A DNA stretch of 64,000 nucleotides from the IMG/VR virus record IMGVR_UViG_3300037245_003639; one strand, given 5' to 3'. A program made the translations under genes and the position numbers. Source of the DNA: a virus. Shown here piece after piece: positions 31,099-40,826 of this stretch (positions are counted from its first letter, which is position 1; every line of letters begins with the position of its first letter). Below the pieces are notes generated by a model. The model ran no database searches. It was not told the origin of the DNA and worked only from the letters and a program-made list of their open reading frames with translations.

Positions 31099-31886
31099 TT
31101 CTGCAACAGTCCAAGAGCCTTGTCTAGATCACCTTCGCTCTCCTCTAATGCTTGCAAACAAACCAGCATCGACTGACCGGTGTGAGCCCTTAGTTCTATG
31201 GCCTCTTTGCGATAGGGCCGCACCTCGGAAGGCCGTCCTTTAGATCCTTCCTCTTCCTTAAGATACGCCGGTAATGAAGGAGCCTTGGGAATAGCCTGAA
31301 TAACTTCCTCAGGAGGCGAATCTAAGTTCAGATACTTAGGGTTGCGCTTGAAACCTGCATTCCTTGCTCCACCCCGACCAATACGATCACCGTTACCATA
31401 TTTTTCCTGGTATGCCGCTATCGCTTTGGCAGCCGATTTGAAATCCCCATCTACACCTGCCACATAAAATAGGAAACGAGGTTCTTTTTCTTCATATTCA
31501 TACATTTTTCCAACCCGGCGGCGTTCATTTTCTTCCTCTTCTTTTCTCTGCATTTCTAAATAGCGGTCAATATCTTCCCCTCCCCTGCGACCCGCCACTG
31601 CGTCAATCAATTTGCCAATCACGGCATCTTGTATCTCAGCTTGATTTACAGCATCTTTGAAATTAGGGTTGGGGATCATTCGGATCTTAGCGTCAAGAGC
31701 TTCACGCCCGGGAACGTCGTGCTTAGCAGCGATGTCCAGCACTTTTTGGTAATTTCCATCGGTGAAAGCAGTGTTAATTTCAGCATCGATTTCGTCGCCG
31801 TAGCTGGACGAATTAACAATAACTGTAGCAGAATTCTTTAGATTCCGCTCCATGCGTTCTTTAGGTGATTCTTCAGGTGGCAACAT
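31062..31886 (-). CDS. Hypothetical protein
   Basis: 274-aa ORF. Confidence 0.4.
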   Translation of the reverse strand: MLPPEESPKERMERNLKNSATVIVNSSSYGDEIDAEINTAFTDGNYQKVLDIAAKHDVPGREALDAKIRMIPNPNFKDAVNQAEIQDAVIGKLIDAVAGRRGGEDIDRYLEMQRKEEEENERRRVGKMYEYEEKEPRFLFYVAGVDGDFKSAAKAIAAYQEKYGNGDRIGRGGARNAGFKRNPKYLNLDSPPEEVIQAIPKAPSLPAYLKEEEGSKGRPSEVRPYRKEAIELRAHTGQSMLVCLQALEESEGDLDKALGLLQKWKNTPLGEETR

Positions 31887-32046
31887 GGTATAACTCCCTA
31901 TAATTCATTATACATGTTCGGTATCTCTGATCTTGAGAAGTTCGGTCAACGCATTGGACTGAAATTACAGGGCATCAAACATAAATACGAATGGAAGTGC
32001 CACCAAGAACATACGTGGCACGCTCGTGGAGATGTAGTCATGAACT

Positions 32047-32565
32047 CTAACGAGTGTCATTATTGCCGAAAAGCATAATGTTAGCTTTCTCTACCATGTT
32101 TGAGAAGAATTCTTTTGCATCCGCCTCATCGTGAAAGTGCCAACTCACTTTAGGATACACTTTGTTATAGATCTCGTCCGGATGAGTGCCTTTTGAAATC
32201 TCATAGGCAATAGAACTTACAAATCCGAGGACTTCTTCTGGATCATTAAAATACGCTTGTTCCTCGGCTTGCCTGCTCAGCCAGTGTACAATCTCATGCG
32301 CAACAACGAAGAAGTATTTTGACTTGAACGCATCCCAGCCTTCACGAAACATGCTGATATTCAGGAGCATCTTATCAGCATCTGTTTCAGCGTATTTCTT
32401 ATCCAAATCCGCGAATTCGATATGTAGTTTATTTAGATGCTCTGGATCTACATCAAACTGCTCCAACAGTTTGGCCGTAGCAGGGGCAGATATCAGTTCT
32501 TTTTTGATAAGCTGAGCCAGTTGTTGCTGATCTATCTTTGCAGATTTACTAATATTCCAAGCCAT
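32047..32565 (-). CDS. Hypothetical protein with HExxH motif
   Basis: VVAHEIVHW; possible minimal zincin. Confidence 0.35.
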   Translation of the reverse strand: MAWNISKSAKIDQQQLAQLIKKELISAPATAKLLEQFDVDPEHLNKLHIEFADLDKKYAETDADKMLLNISMFREGWDAFKSKYFFVVAHEIVHWLSRQAEEQAYFNDPEEVLGFVSSIAYEISKGTHPDEIYNKVYPKVSWHFHDEADAKEFFSNMVEKANIMLFGNNDTR

Positions 32566-32567
32566 AT

Positions 32568-33380
32568 TTACACCAAGATAAACTCTCTATCAAAATCGAC
32601 CTGAGAGATAAGCTTCTTCGAACCATCCTCTAACAAAATCTCGACAGTCCCCATCTCACCGGGTTCAACTTTGATGACAGTTCCTTCCTTGCGGTCGGCC
32701 TTATCCCAGACAGCAGCCTGTGGACGAACGGCTCGTGTATGCTCATCGTTGGTAAAAACGCCCGGCCCGCGCAAAGAAACCGCAACCTTGCGAGTAAAAC
32801 CGGTGTCCTGTGTTATATGCTCCAGATCCCTCTGGGATGTCGGTGAACTGCCATCTTTGGAATCTTTAGTAAATACATTCAATAACGATCCTTCTGGCAG
32901 AACTATGTTTTTCTGGTCAAACACCACTAGCCCGCCCACATCCAAATAGTCACAATCTCGATTAGCAGCAAATATTCTGTTCATATCGAAAAGAATGTGT
33001 ATAGGATATTCCCGCAGCAAATAATGGGCCAGCGGACGAGTAATGAATACCACCGGATTATGCGTGAAACCATTAATGCATCTATTCTCAAGAATGTCTC
33101 TGAAGAACAGTAGCGTGGTCGCAAAAACCATGTCGTTCTTCTGGACAGCCATGAAAGGAGTGAAGAAATACTTTACTCGATGGGAGAATAACTCCTGATT
33201 ATCGATCCAACCCTCATCAAACATCTTCAAGTAAGCCAGAGCCCTAGTGACCAATTGACACTCATACATCGACAGCCAGTCATCATTATGCTCATGATAA
33301 GCATCTTGGACCGCTCTCTCTAAAGAATCTTGAGGATTGTAGACAGCTATAGCTTCTGCTTTAAGCATGATATTTTGCAC
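32568..33380 (-). CDS. Hypothetical protein
   Basis: 270-aa ORF. Confidence 0.4.
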   Translation of the reverse strand: MQNIMLKAEAIAVYNPQDSLERAVQDAYHEHNDDWLSMYECQLVTRALAYLKMFDEGWIDNQELFSHRVKYFFTPFMAVQKNDMVFATTLLFFRDILENRCINGFTHNPVVFITRPLAHYLLREYPIHILFDMNRIFAANRDCDYLDVGGLVVFDQKNIVLPEGSLLNVFTKDSKDGSSPTSQRDLEHITQDTGFTRKVAVSLRGPGVFTNDEHTRAVRPQAAVWDKADRKEGTVIKVEPGEMGTVEILLEDGSKKLISQVDFDREFILV

Positions 33381-33416
33381 TCCTGAATAAAAATCTTCTT
33401 GTGAACAAGATTTTCT

Positions 33417-33737
33417 TCACTTATGCTTTCTCCCACAACCAGCACATCCTTTAGATGCCCGCTTAGGACGTATAATCAAAGCATCATTGCCTGGTGGCTT
33501 TTCACCACGGGCTTCTCGGCGAGCTTGGATGTTTCTACGCTGTTCAAGCAGCCTTTCCGCTCGTAAACGGCGAGCATTAGCTGCCGCTGGAGGGTTCATA
33601 CTGACATCTTTGGGTTTCTTGGGAAGAGGTTTATTCAGCTTTATGAAGCCTTTGGAGTTGATAACAACCCGACGACCACGAGACGTTCGCTTACTTCTCA
33701 GCACCTGGGCCTGTTGCTGCATTTTCTTCCTGTCCAT
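33417..33737 (-). CDS. Highly basic protein (possible DNA-binding / histone-like)
   Basis: Arg/Lys-rich; C-terminal CAGCGRKHK. Confidence 0.4.
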   Translation of the reverse strand: MDRKKMQQQAQVLRSKRTSRGRRVVINSKGFIKLNKPLPKKPKDVSMNPPAAANARRLRAERLLEQRRNIQARREARGEKPPGNDALIIRPKRASKGCAGCGRKHK

Positions 33738-33906
33738 TATTCTCCTCCGCGAAGATATCGTGTTCTTTCATATACTTGATATACCATTCCTTGGGAAAAC
33801 GGTAAACTCGTCGTCTCTGCCCTGTGATTTTCCGTAGACACACCGGCCCGATGGGGCCTGGAGAGCTTTCCAGTCTACGGCCACACATTAAACAAAACCT
33901 AGGCAT
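33691..33906 (-). CDS. Small zinc-ribbon protein
   Basis: CLMCGRRL....PVC; 71 aa. Confidence 0.3.
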   Translation of the reverse strand: MPRFCLMCGRRLESSPGPIGPVCLRKITGQRRRVYRFPKEWYIKYMKEHDIFAEENNGQEENAATGPGAEK

Positions 33907-34180
33907 CTTCCTCCAACTCTAAATCTAAATCTAACTCTAACTCTAACTCTAACTCTAACTCTTCGGGATTTGCTGGTTGTTCTTTATTAAAAGCAACCCA
34001 CTGCACATCGATAGAATGATGTGTCACTAAGACATCCTTACCCTCAAGCACCTTGATATCTTTCATTGCCGCTTGGATATCTTCAATATCGTCCTGAGTC
34101 GCAGGGCGAGAATCTGAGCCTACACGAACCAAAAGAAAACCTTCGTCACCTGTGTTTGTCTCTGTCAAACCTAAAATCAT
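33899..34180 (-). CDS. Hypothetical protein with C-terminal (EL)n/(DL)n repeat
   Basis: Ends ELELELELELDLDLELEEDA, encoded by a hexanucleotide microsatellite. Confidence 0.4.
   Translation of the reverse strand: MILGLTETNTGDEGFLLVRVGSDSRPATQDDIEDIQAAMKDIKVLEGKDVLVTHHSIDVQWVAFNKEQPANPEELELELELELDLDLELEEDA
33915..33962. repeat. Hexanucleotide microsatellite (AACTCT/AAATCT)x8 inside a coding region
   Basis: aactct aaatct aaatct aactct x5 on the + strand. Confidence 0.8.
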
Positions 34181-34192
34181 TGTTGCTCCTCC

Positions 34193-34858
34193 TTATTCTT
34201 CACTCTCGATCAAAGGAACCCCCTCAAGATCCAGAAACTGATCCAATGAGTTCATGAGCAAGTGTTTCAGCTTAGGGTCATTGGCATCACTAATCAGAGA
34301 AACCCAGACGTTCGTTAGCTTATCAGTAACCAACTGAACGCCCTGGATCTCACCCTTCAGCCTGGCAGAAGTCATCTGAATCTCAAGAATAACCTTGCCC
34401 AACTTAGACATTGCGTCAACTTGTTTGAACGGGTCAAGAGTCGGGTCAGAAGTAATCTCATGGAGTTTAAGCAGAAACTGCTGCTTCATCAACTCCATAC
34501 TCTGTTCATCAGAAAGCCTTTTATTCATAACCGAGAGAAGTCGATCACTATATTCCCGCAACCACACCTTCTTCTGCTGCTGCTCATAATGGTTAAGCAA
34601 ATGATTCTTGATATTCAGAAAACTCATCTGTTGAGCTTCGGGATGTTCTTTTCGGTAATTATCGAAATGCCTCTCCACTGAAGCATAAATACCCGTCTTT
34701 TCCCACTTCATTTCGGCTGCTTGCCGGTCAGGGTGAACACAGAATTTGCAATTAGGACGACAAATAACATCGTCCTTCTGAAGCTTGGTTAGCTCCTTAA
34801 AATATGAATCTATGTGTTGTTCTGACTTGGCCAGGGGGAGTTTTTGTTCTTCAATCAT
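34193..34858 (-). CDS. Hypothetical protein
   Basis: 221-aa ORF. Confidence 0.4.
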   Translation of the reverse strand: MIEEQKLPLAKSEQHIDSYFKELTKLQKDDVICRPNCKFCVHPDRQAAEMKWEKTGIYASVERHFDNYRKEHPEAQQMSFLNIKNHLLNHYEQQQKKVWLREYSDRLLSVMNKRLSDEQSMELMKQQFLLKLHEITSDPTLDPFKQVDAMSKLGKVILEIQMTSARLKGEIQGVQLVTDKLTNVWVSLISDANDPKLKHLLMNSLDQFLDLEGVPLIESEE

Positions 34859-35240
34859 CTGAATCCAATTCTCTCAGTTCTCGCTGCTCTTTGCCTACTT
34901 CAGTTTTGATTAATTCCTCAGCTTCATTCATAATCCGCTGAAAGCGGGTAGGAGCATCTAGCGCTATTTTTTGGTTATTTTCACCAACTAATGCCTCTTT
35001 GAGCTTCGCCAAGACTTTGGGACGCCCTTTCACCACTTGATCTTCAACTAACAAACTCAACGCCTGGAAGCCACCGCTGTTCGATGCGATAGCAAAGTGG
35101 CCCAAGTCATGCACCCTGGATTTAAGACTTTCCAGACGAAGGATATTCGATTTGATACGTTCTACATTAGACCGCGCATATTTTTCGAACCAGTTCATTT
35201 TAGAGCACCTTGATTGCGATACCTGTTTCTTCCGGCCCAT
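34851..35240 (-). CDS. Hypothetical protein
   Basis: 129-aa ORF. Confidence 0.4.
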   Translation of the reverse strand: MGRKKQVSQSRCSKMNWFEKYARSNVERIKSNILRLESLKSRVHDLGHFAIASNSGGFQALSLLVEDQVVKGRPKVLAKLKEALVGENNQKIALDAPTRFQRIMNEAEELIKTEVGKEQRELRELDSDD

Positions 35241-35787
35241 CGGCGCTCATGGCACCAAAGTGGCGATTTATTAAGTCACCCGCAAAATCAAAGGCCATAC
35301 TTGCGACCCAAAATACAAGTTTCTTCTCAACGGTTTTCTTGAAAGGAATCCAACCCAGCCGACCCTTCAGTGGATCAACCGTTTTCCAAATGAAATAGAC
35401 AAGACTCTGCCCGAAGTCAATTTTCGCTGCTTTAGCTTGCTCAAAAGACAGGCTGTCTGAGACAATATCCCCTTTCATTTGATCTACAAGCTGTTTTACT
35501 TCAACGCCGATATTGATAACAAAACGCAATATGCCTATTACAGTGCCAACCGACCACCCACCCGTCGTCTTCCAGTAATCATATTCGCCGAGAACTTCGC
35601 GAAAACGACCAACGATATCCGCTATCTGCGGACCATACTTCTTAGCCACATCCTCGAAAGTAGAATCAGTAGGATTGTCATCAATTTTGGCCTTGATTTC
35701 CTTTTCCAGCTTATCAAGGTTTTTCTTGATATCCTGGGGCAGTGGGTCTAAGTTATGTTCTTTTAAATAGTGGTCGATAAAACTCAT
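35200..35787 (-). CDS. Hypothetical protein
   Basis: 195-aa ORF. Confidence 0.4.
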   Translation of the reverse strand: MSFIDHYLKEHNLDPLPQDIKKNLDKLEKEIKAKIDDNPTDSTFEDVAKKYGPQIADIVGRFREVLGEYDYWKTTGGWSVGTVIGILRFVINIGVEVKQLVDQMKGDIVSDSLSFEQAKAAKIDFGQSLVYFIWKTVDPLKGRLGWIPFKKTVEKKLVFWVASMAFDFAGDLINRHFGAMSADGPEETGIAIKVL

Positions 35788-35788
35788 A

Positions 35789-36181
35789 TTAACCTCCTAC
35801 GTTCTTATACTTGCCGTCCTCCTTGCGGAAATAAGAAGGTGAGTCAGTAATCAATGCCGTTGACGGTCCAACAAGTGTACACTCCACTTCACCTTTAGAC
35901 GGCTTCATGACAGGCTGCCACCCTAGTTCTGCACTAATCATGTCCTTCACCTTGCCTGCTTTCAACGATGATTTCACATACCTTCTAAACAACCACATAT
36001 TCACAGGAGCAACTAACCGCCGCCACGCATCTCTCATGGCTTTGAATATCGTCCTTCTATTCCTGAGACATTCCAGTTCCACACGGAGACATTGGACCAA
36101 TTCAGATTCTTGGATCACTCCATCCGCTAGCCTCTTGACTTTTTTCATTGCTCTATTCTCCTCCCAGATCCCTGGGTCCAT
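35789..36181 (-). CDS. Hypothetical protein
   Basis: 130-aa ORF. Confidence 0.35.
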   Translation of the reverse strand: MDPGIWEENRAMKKVKRLADGVIQESELVQCLRVELECLRNRRTIFKAMRDAWRRLVAPVNMWLFRRYVKSSLKAGKVKDMISAELGWQPVMKPSKGEVECTLVGPSTALITDSPSYFRKEDGKYKNVGG

Positions 36182-36495
36182 CTATGTCTTATCAACTCTG
36201 AAATCAAATCTTCGTCTACATACTTAGTTTCAACATAACGCTCAATAACTACACCCTGACTTTTCAGGAACTCAAGTCGCTCAATCAGGTTCTCAATCGA
36301 TTGGATTTGGTCAGCAGTCAATCTGTCGCGAGCTTCATCAAGTTCCGCCCGAATAGAGGCAATTACTGCATCATTCGTCTCATCCAGTAATACCCTGTGA
36401 TTTCGGACTACATCATAAAAAGCCGGGTGTATCTTCGGGGAGCATCCTACTAACAAAAAACATGTTACACACATGGCAAGAATAGCGCGTCTCAT
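36145..36495 (-). CDS. Putative lipoprotein
   Basis: MRRAILAMCVTCFLLVGCSPK has the LVGC lipobox. Confidence 0.4.
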   Translation of the reverse strand: MRRAILAMCVTCFLLVGCSPKIHPAFYDVVRNHRVLLDETNDAVIASIRAELDEARDRLTADQIQSIENLIERLEFLKSQGVVIERYVETKYVDEDLISELIRHRWTQGSGRRIEQ

Positions 36496-37245
36496 TTACT
36501 CTCCTTCTCTCGCAAATTCATGAACAATATTAAAGTCTTGACTAACATTGCTCCAATCATCGCCCATTTTGCGGATTACATATGCTTTATCTTCAGCATC
36601 CTTGTAGAATACGGCCTCGTCCCCACGGAAAGGCCCTGAAGCAATCACACAACAAACCCACTTGCCCAGTTCATCATCCCCTACGAAATGAGTTTTAATA
36701 TTCTGTCCGGTTGCTTCACAAGCATAGATGTTCTTGTGAACAGATTTGGTATTTGCCTCCACTTGCTTAACAACCATGCGATTAACTTGGGCAAGAACGG
36801 TTTTGGCAATCTGGTCTCCCTGTTCCCCTCCCAAAAACTCAATAAGAGCAGGGAATTTCTTCAGTGCCCGAAGTTGCTTTTGAGAAAGTTTTAACTGAGG
36901 ACGCGCAGGCTGTTGCGGTTGAGTCTGAGTCTGTGCAGTTTTCTGCATAGGCTGCTCAGGAGCATTGGTCATTCCTTGAAGACCAATCGCTGCCGCGGCT
37001 GTTTGAAGCATGTAGTCGTTTTTTCGATAGTCCATAGAAAATAGAGATTTAGATTCGTTATCGCTCGAAACCCCGGCCCCGCCTTCGGCGTAATCAGGGA
37101 CAATCCCCTCTTGAACGTCTGAACCGGTTTGCATCGCCTCTAGAACTTTATCTGCATATGAAGAGACCTTCAGGGATGCTTCCCACTCTTGCTGAAACTC
37201 TCTATCGTCCGACGAATAACGTTTTTTCCTACCCCTTGCCATCAT
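36496..37245 (-). CDS. Hypothetical protein
   Basis: 249-aa ORF adjacent to the replication module. Confidence 0.4.
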   Translation of the reverse strand: MMARGRKKRYSSDDREFQQEWEASLKVSSYADKVLEAMQTGSDVQEGIVPDYAEGGAGVSSDNESKSLFSMDYRKNDYMLQTAAAAIGLQGMTNAPEQPMQKTAQTQTQPQQPARPQLKLSQKQLRALKKFPALIEFLGGEQGDQIAKTVLAQVNRMVVKQVEANTKSVHKNIYACEATGQNIKTHFVGDDELGKWVCCVIASGPFRGDEAVFYKDAEDKAYVIRKMGDDWSNVSQDFNIVHEFAREGE

Positions 37246-37873
37246 TATCTCCGTGTTCTAAGAACCCCTCATCAATAAGAAAAGCCAAAACATTTGAAAC
37301 CGCGTCGTAGGCGTGCTCTGAATCATATTCCACTTTGATATTAGGGTCCGTTATGTCTGACATGATTTCCTTTACAGCCTTTTTCATTTGAGTTTTAGTG
37401 GCCCTGCCTTTGCCGGTGAGCACCTTCTTCACATGTGAAGGATAGACAAATGAAACCGGCAACTGAAACTTGCCACAGCAGGCCAAAATAACCCCCATAC
37501 AATTAGATACTTGGCCAGTGATAAATCCACCTGAAAAAGAACTGGTTTTTTCAATGATAACTAGATCGGGCTTCTGTTTCTCGAATAACTGTTCAACGAT
37601 TAAAAAAAGAGGCCATAGCATCTTCCAGGGCTGGTCCACTTTGGACATAACAAAAGTTCCTGCCACGGGGATGATCTTTTCAATGGAATCTTCTTTCTCA
37701 TAGACTTCAACGACTGCCCAACCTAGATTCCTGTAGCTGGCGGGATCAAACGAGATCAATTTAGTGAGGGCCATAAGAACCTTCCTATAAAACTTTCTGT
37801 GTATTATACACAGAAATTCAAGGAAGTTCCTATCCGCAAAGGAACTGATCACCAAAAAGCAACTCACAGTCAT
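37229..37873 (-). CDS. RuvC-like Holliday-junction resolvase (RNase H fold)
   Basis: LISFDPASYRNLGWAVV resembles GIDPGSRVTGYGV. Downstream acidic DLVIIEKTSSF. Confidence 0.5.
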   Translation of the reverse strand: MTVSCFLVISSFADRNFLEFLCIIHRKFYRKVLMALTKLISFDPASYRNLGWAVVEVYEKEDSIEKIIPVAGTFVMSKVDQPWKMLWPLFLIVEQLFEKQKPDLVIIEKTSSFSGGFITGQVSNCMGVILACCGKFQLPVSFVYPSHVKKVLTGKGRATKTQMKKAVKEIMSDITDPNIKVEYDSEHAYDAVSNVLAFLIDEGFLEHGDNDGKG

Positions 37874-38018
37874 CGGTGACTGCCAAAAAGTTGCTTAGGG
37901 CTTCTTTGTCATCCACTTCATCAGAAAGCAATATAGACGTGAGCTTGTTTTGGTCAATATCGCCCCGAGGCACTAAAAGCGAACCATCAGGCTGGATAAT
38001 AAACTCAATTTCAGTCAT
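37830..38018 (-). CDS. Small DUF2997-like protein (paralog 1)
   Basis: MTEIEFIIQPDGSLLV; likely start at the internal Met of track ORF 37830..38063. Confidence 0.3.
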   Translation of the reverse strand: MTEIEFIIQPDGSLLVPRGDIDQNKLTSILLSDEVDDKEALSNFLAVTDDCELLFGDQFLCG

Positions 38019-38209
38019 TGGCCGTGACGCAAATGTTGTTCTTGAGTATGCTCTTGCTGCCAATACTCGTGCTTTTTATCCCTCTGTACAATCGTCCCCA
38101 AGGCCCGAGCAAACGCCTCAGAATCCTGAGAGCAGCCCTGACCATGGTAGCCGACCAGATCAATGTCGATGTTACCTTCTTTGTCGATTGTGATTTCAAT
38201 CTCTGGCAT
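38015..38209 (-). CDS. Small DUF2997-like protein (paralog 2)
   Basis: MPEIEITIDKEGNIDIDLVGYHGQGCSQ shares the MxEIE(I/F)xI..G(N/S) pattern with the neighbouring ORF. Confidence 0.3.
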   Translation of the reverse strand: MPEIEITIDKEGNIDIDLVGYHGQGCSQDSEAFARALGTIVQRDKKHEYWQQEHTQEQHLRHGQ

Positions 38210-38239
38210 ACACACCTCCAGGAGCATTATACGAGTTGC

Positions 38240-39454
38240 TCAAACCAAACGTAGGATTTCGTCCGCTTCCTCTGGAGCGTATCCGCCCACAATTAGGGAT
38301 TGACGTTCATTCACTTTGCCGCAGATAAAAAGACAAATCGCTTCAAAGCCGAGTTTAATATTCGCAACATCCAATCGAATCTTAGAGCGCATACGCTCAA
38401 TACATAATAGGGCTGCGTAGATTTTTGACGGAGACCAACCAAAAGCTATTTTGAACGAATCGCTTTTGACCTTATTGTAAATGGCCCCCTTATTATAACG
38501 AGGTTCCCATTTATCTCCCTTGTCTTTATCCTTCTTGAGTTTCTTGATGGGCTCCTGGTGCAGAAGATCTGCATCGGAGTCGCCCATAACTGCATTATTA
38601 AATGCGTTATATGAGATAGTTCCCCTGCAAGATTCCTTAGCATATAGCAGCAACTCAAAATTGTGACGTAAGGCCCCAATGGTTTGTTCAGCTATACCCC
38701 TAAACTCGCTCATCGTGCCCGATGAAGCGTCCTCCAGGAACTCCTGTAAATGACAATAAGCATCATCAAACCGCTGACGATTCAGTTGGTCAATCAACTC
38801 CCAGATGGATTTCTCAAAAACTGGGATACAACAGTCTTTGATATCATCGACAGTGATATCGCCTTCAGGCTTGTAATCAAAGAGACGAGTTAGTTCTGAA
38901 TACAGACTATCGTAATTCAGCCCCTTGACTTCCACCAAAAAGGAGGCTACCCCATTGGACATCTTACGGCCATAGTCAGAAGCCAAGCCTATTGACCACT
39001 GAACCGCATCTTTTAAAGATTTGGCTCTGGCATCATATTTCAAGACCTTTCCTTCTGATTTGATCGTTTTGTAGAATGTACTGGCCGATGCTGGAATGAA
39101 CTTATTGGCGCTGTAGTAGCCCAACGGGGCCTCTATCACGAGCACATTCTTGTTGTTGACATACTTGAGATAGTCAACCATCGCCTTGTAGTCAGGTGGT
39201 AGGCCAAACATGCGAATGATTCTGGGTCTTTCGTCGAAAACATCCGTAGACCGCAATAAGCGCATAACATCCCCAGCGGTGGCCGAATTATGGCTACAAT
39301 CAATTGATTGAATATTGGGTTCGCCAACCTCTTTACGTACACCAGCCACAATCTCATTCCACACTTTCCGGCAGTTGTAGTAGTTACCTCCGCTGGGTGG
39401 ACCTACAAGCCAAAATACTCGGCGGGTAATGCCTTTGGCTTTCTTCTTAGCCAC
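38240..39454 (-). CDS. Clamp-loader delta/delta-prime-like subunit (degenerate P-loop)
   Basis: VFWLVGPPSGGNYY is a degenerate AAA+ Walker A. Lies between dnaN and RuvC in a replication module. Confidence 0.4.
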   Translation of the reverse strand: MAKKKAKGITRRVFWLVGPPSGGNYYNCRKVWNEIVAGVRKEVGEPNIQSIDCSHNSATAGDVMRLLRSTDVFDERPRIIRMFGLPPDYKAMVDYLKYVNNKNVLVIEAPLGYYSANKFIPASASTFYKTIKSEGKVLKYDARAKSLKDAVQWSIGLASDYGRKMSNGVASFLVEVKGLNYDSLYSELTRLFDYKPEGDITVDDIKDCCIPVFEKSIWELIDQLNRQRFDDAYCHLQEFLEDASSGTMSEFRGIAEQTIGALRHNFELLLYAKESCRGTISYNAFNNAVMGDSDADLLHQEPIKKLKKDKDKGDKWEPRYNKGAIYNKVKSDSFKIAFGWSPSKIYAALLCIERMRSKIRLDVANIKLGFEAICLFICGKVNERQSLIVGGYAPEEADEILRLV

Positions 39455-40770
39455 TATTCGTCTTCCTCGTCATCGGCGGCAGCAGCGAAGAAGAAAGAGA
39501 GCCTGGGGTTGTTAGTCCCATCCTTATGGCCGGGCGCTCCCAATACATCTTTCTTACCGTCGTCAGGGTCAACTGGTTCAACGATGATAGTCCGCTCAGG
39601 ATCAATGCAGTAGAAACGAATAATAGGCTTGTCAGATGCCTGGGCTACATCCTTCAGATACTCGTGGGCATAGCAAGATGCATAATCAGATTCACCGTAG
39701 ACCGTGGCATCGCAATCAAAATCAGCCTGGAAACGGGCCTCTTTGACTATGAAATTGGAGCGAGGAGAAAGACCCGCTTTCCCATTCTTCACAACAAAAT
39801 CGCAATGGTGGAAACCACCTTCCTTGTTCCGTTCTTTATCTTCCACAGCACCAATCAGTAACATGCCTTCCTCGAAATCATCCCGCTTGAGATCTATCAC
39901 GGTTTTCGCATCATCGAAGTTGAAAGCATGCTTCTCATACGAGATGTACTGATCGTTAGGAATACCATGTAAAAGAAGTGTCAAGTTGCTTTCCTGCGGT
40001 TTGATATAGCAAGTCTGCTCATTTTTGTATGTCATCTGGACATCTTTGCCTACCTCCGAAGCACAAAGACTGGCGATGATTTGAGCTTGATCACAAGGAA
40101 GGATGAACTTCTTGCCCGCGTCGTCATCGATGTCGGGATTCGCCTGGTCCAGTTGGAACCCCAAGATACCAAAACGAGAGCCGTCCCCGCAAACGAAACG
40201 GGTTTCGTTTTTCAGGAAGTGCAGGCACATCATCATGTAACGAGGCAGATAGTCTCGGCGGGCTACATATTTCCCAGCCGTTGCTATACCTCGCTGAAAC
40301 TCTTCTGATTCAAACAGATAGGTAAAGCCCTTTTGTGGCTTAGCGATATGGAAGTCATGTCCTTCGGAGAAAGTCACCATCTTGGCGAACTTCTTCCCCT
40401 TGGCGTCAGCATCTTTCATATGAAGCGAAGGCGAGGCATCGCCTTCCAGGCTCACGATAATAATATTGTCTTTCGCCGAGCCTCCAATAGACGCTACAAT
40501 CTTTCTGGCAACTGCAACATCAACCGTAGCAGAGCCTTGATCCTCGCACTTCAAATTCTCGTCGCTGTCACTTGTGACTTCCCAGTGTGCATCCAACAAA
40601 CCATTGGAAGACAAGAAATTCACCTTGTCATCATCAACCTTTATGGTAACTCTAAAAGCCTTTTCGTAGTCGGTTTTGATGCCCTTCGTTCCAACCTCAA
40701 CCATCTTGGCAAGAGCTTCAACCAACTGCTCTTTAGTCATAAGGAATTTCACGTTCAGTCTCCAGTCCAA
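39454..40770 (-). CDS. dnaN: DNA polymerase sliding clamp (beta subunit, DnaN-like) with acidic C-terminal tail
   Basis: RYMMMCLHFLKNETRFVCGDGSRFG parallels E. coli DnaN RYYLNGMLFE...VATDGHRLA. MKF..EQL start. Ends AAAADDEEDE. Confidence 0.65.
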   Translation of the reverse strand: MDWRLNVKFLMTKEQLVEALAKMVEVGTKGIKTDYEKAFRVTIKVDDDKVNFLSSNGLLDAHWEVTSDSDENLKCEDQGSATVDVAVARKIVASIGGSAKDNIIIVSLEGDASPSLHMKDADAKGKKFAKMVTFSEGHDFHIAKPQKGFTYLFESEEFQRGIATAGKYVARRDYLPRYMMMCLHFLKNETRFVCGDGSRFGILGFQLDQANPDIDDDAGKKFILPCDQAQIIASLCASEVGKDVQMTYKNEQTCYIKPQESNLTLLLHGIPNDQYISYEKHAFNFDDAKTVIDLKRDDFEEGMLLIGAVEDKERNKEGGFHHCDFVVKNGKAGLSPRSNFIVKEARFQADFDCDATVYGESDYASCYAHEYLKDVAQASDKPIIRFYCIDPERTIIVEPVDPDDGKKDVLGAPGHKDGTNNPRLSFFFAAAADDEEDE

Positions 40771-40826
40771 ATTTCAAGATTCAATCACTTATCATTATAC
40801 AAGTTTGCCGGGCTTGATTACGAAAA

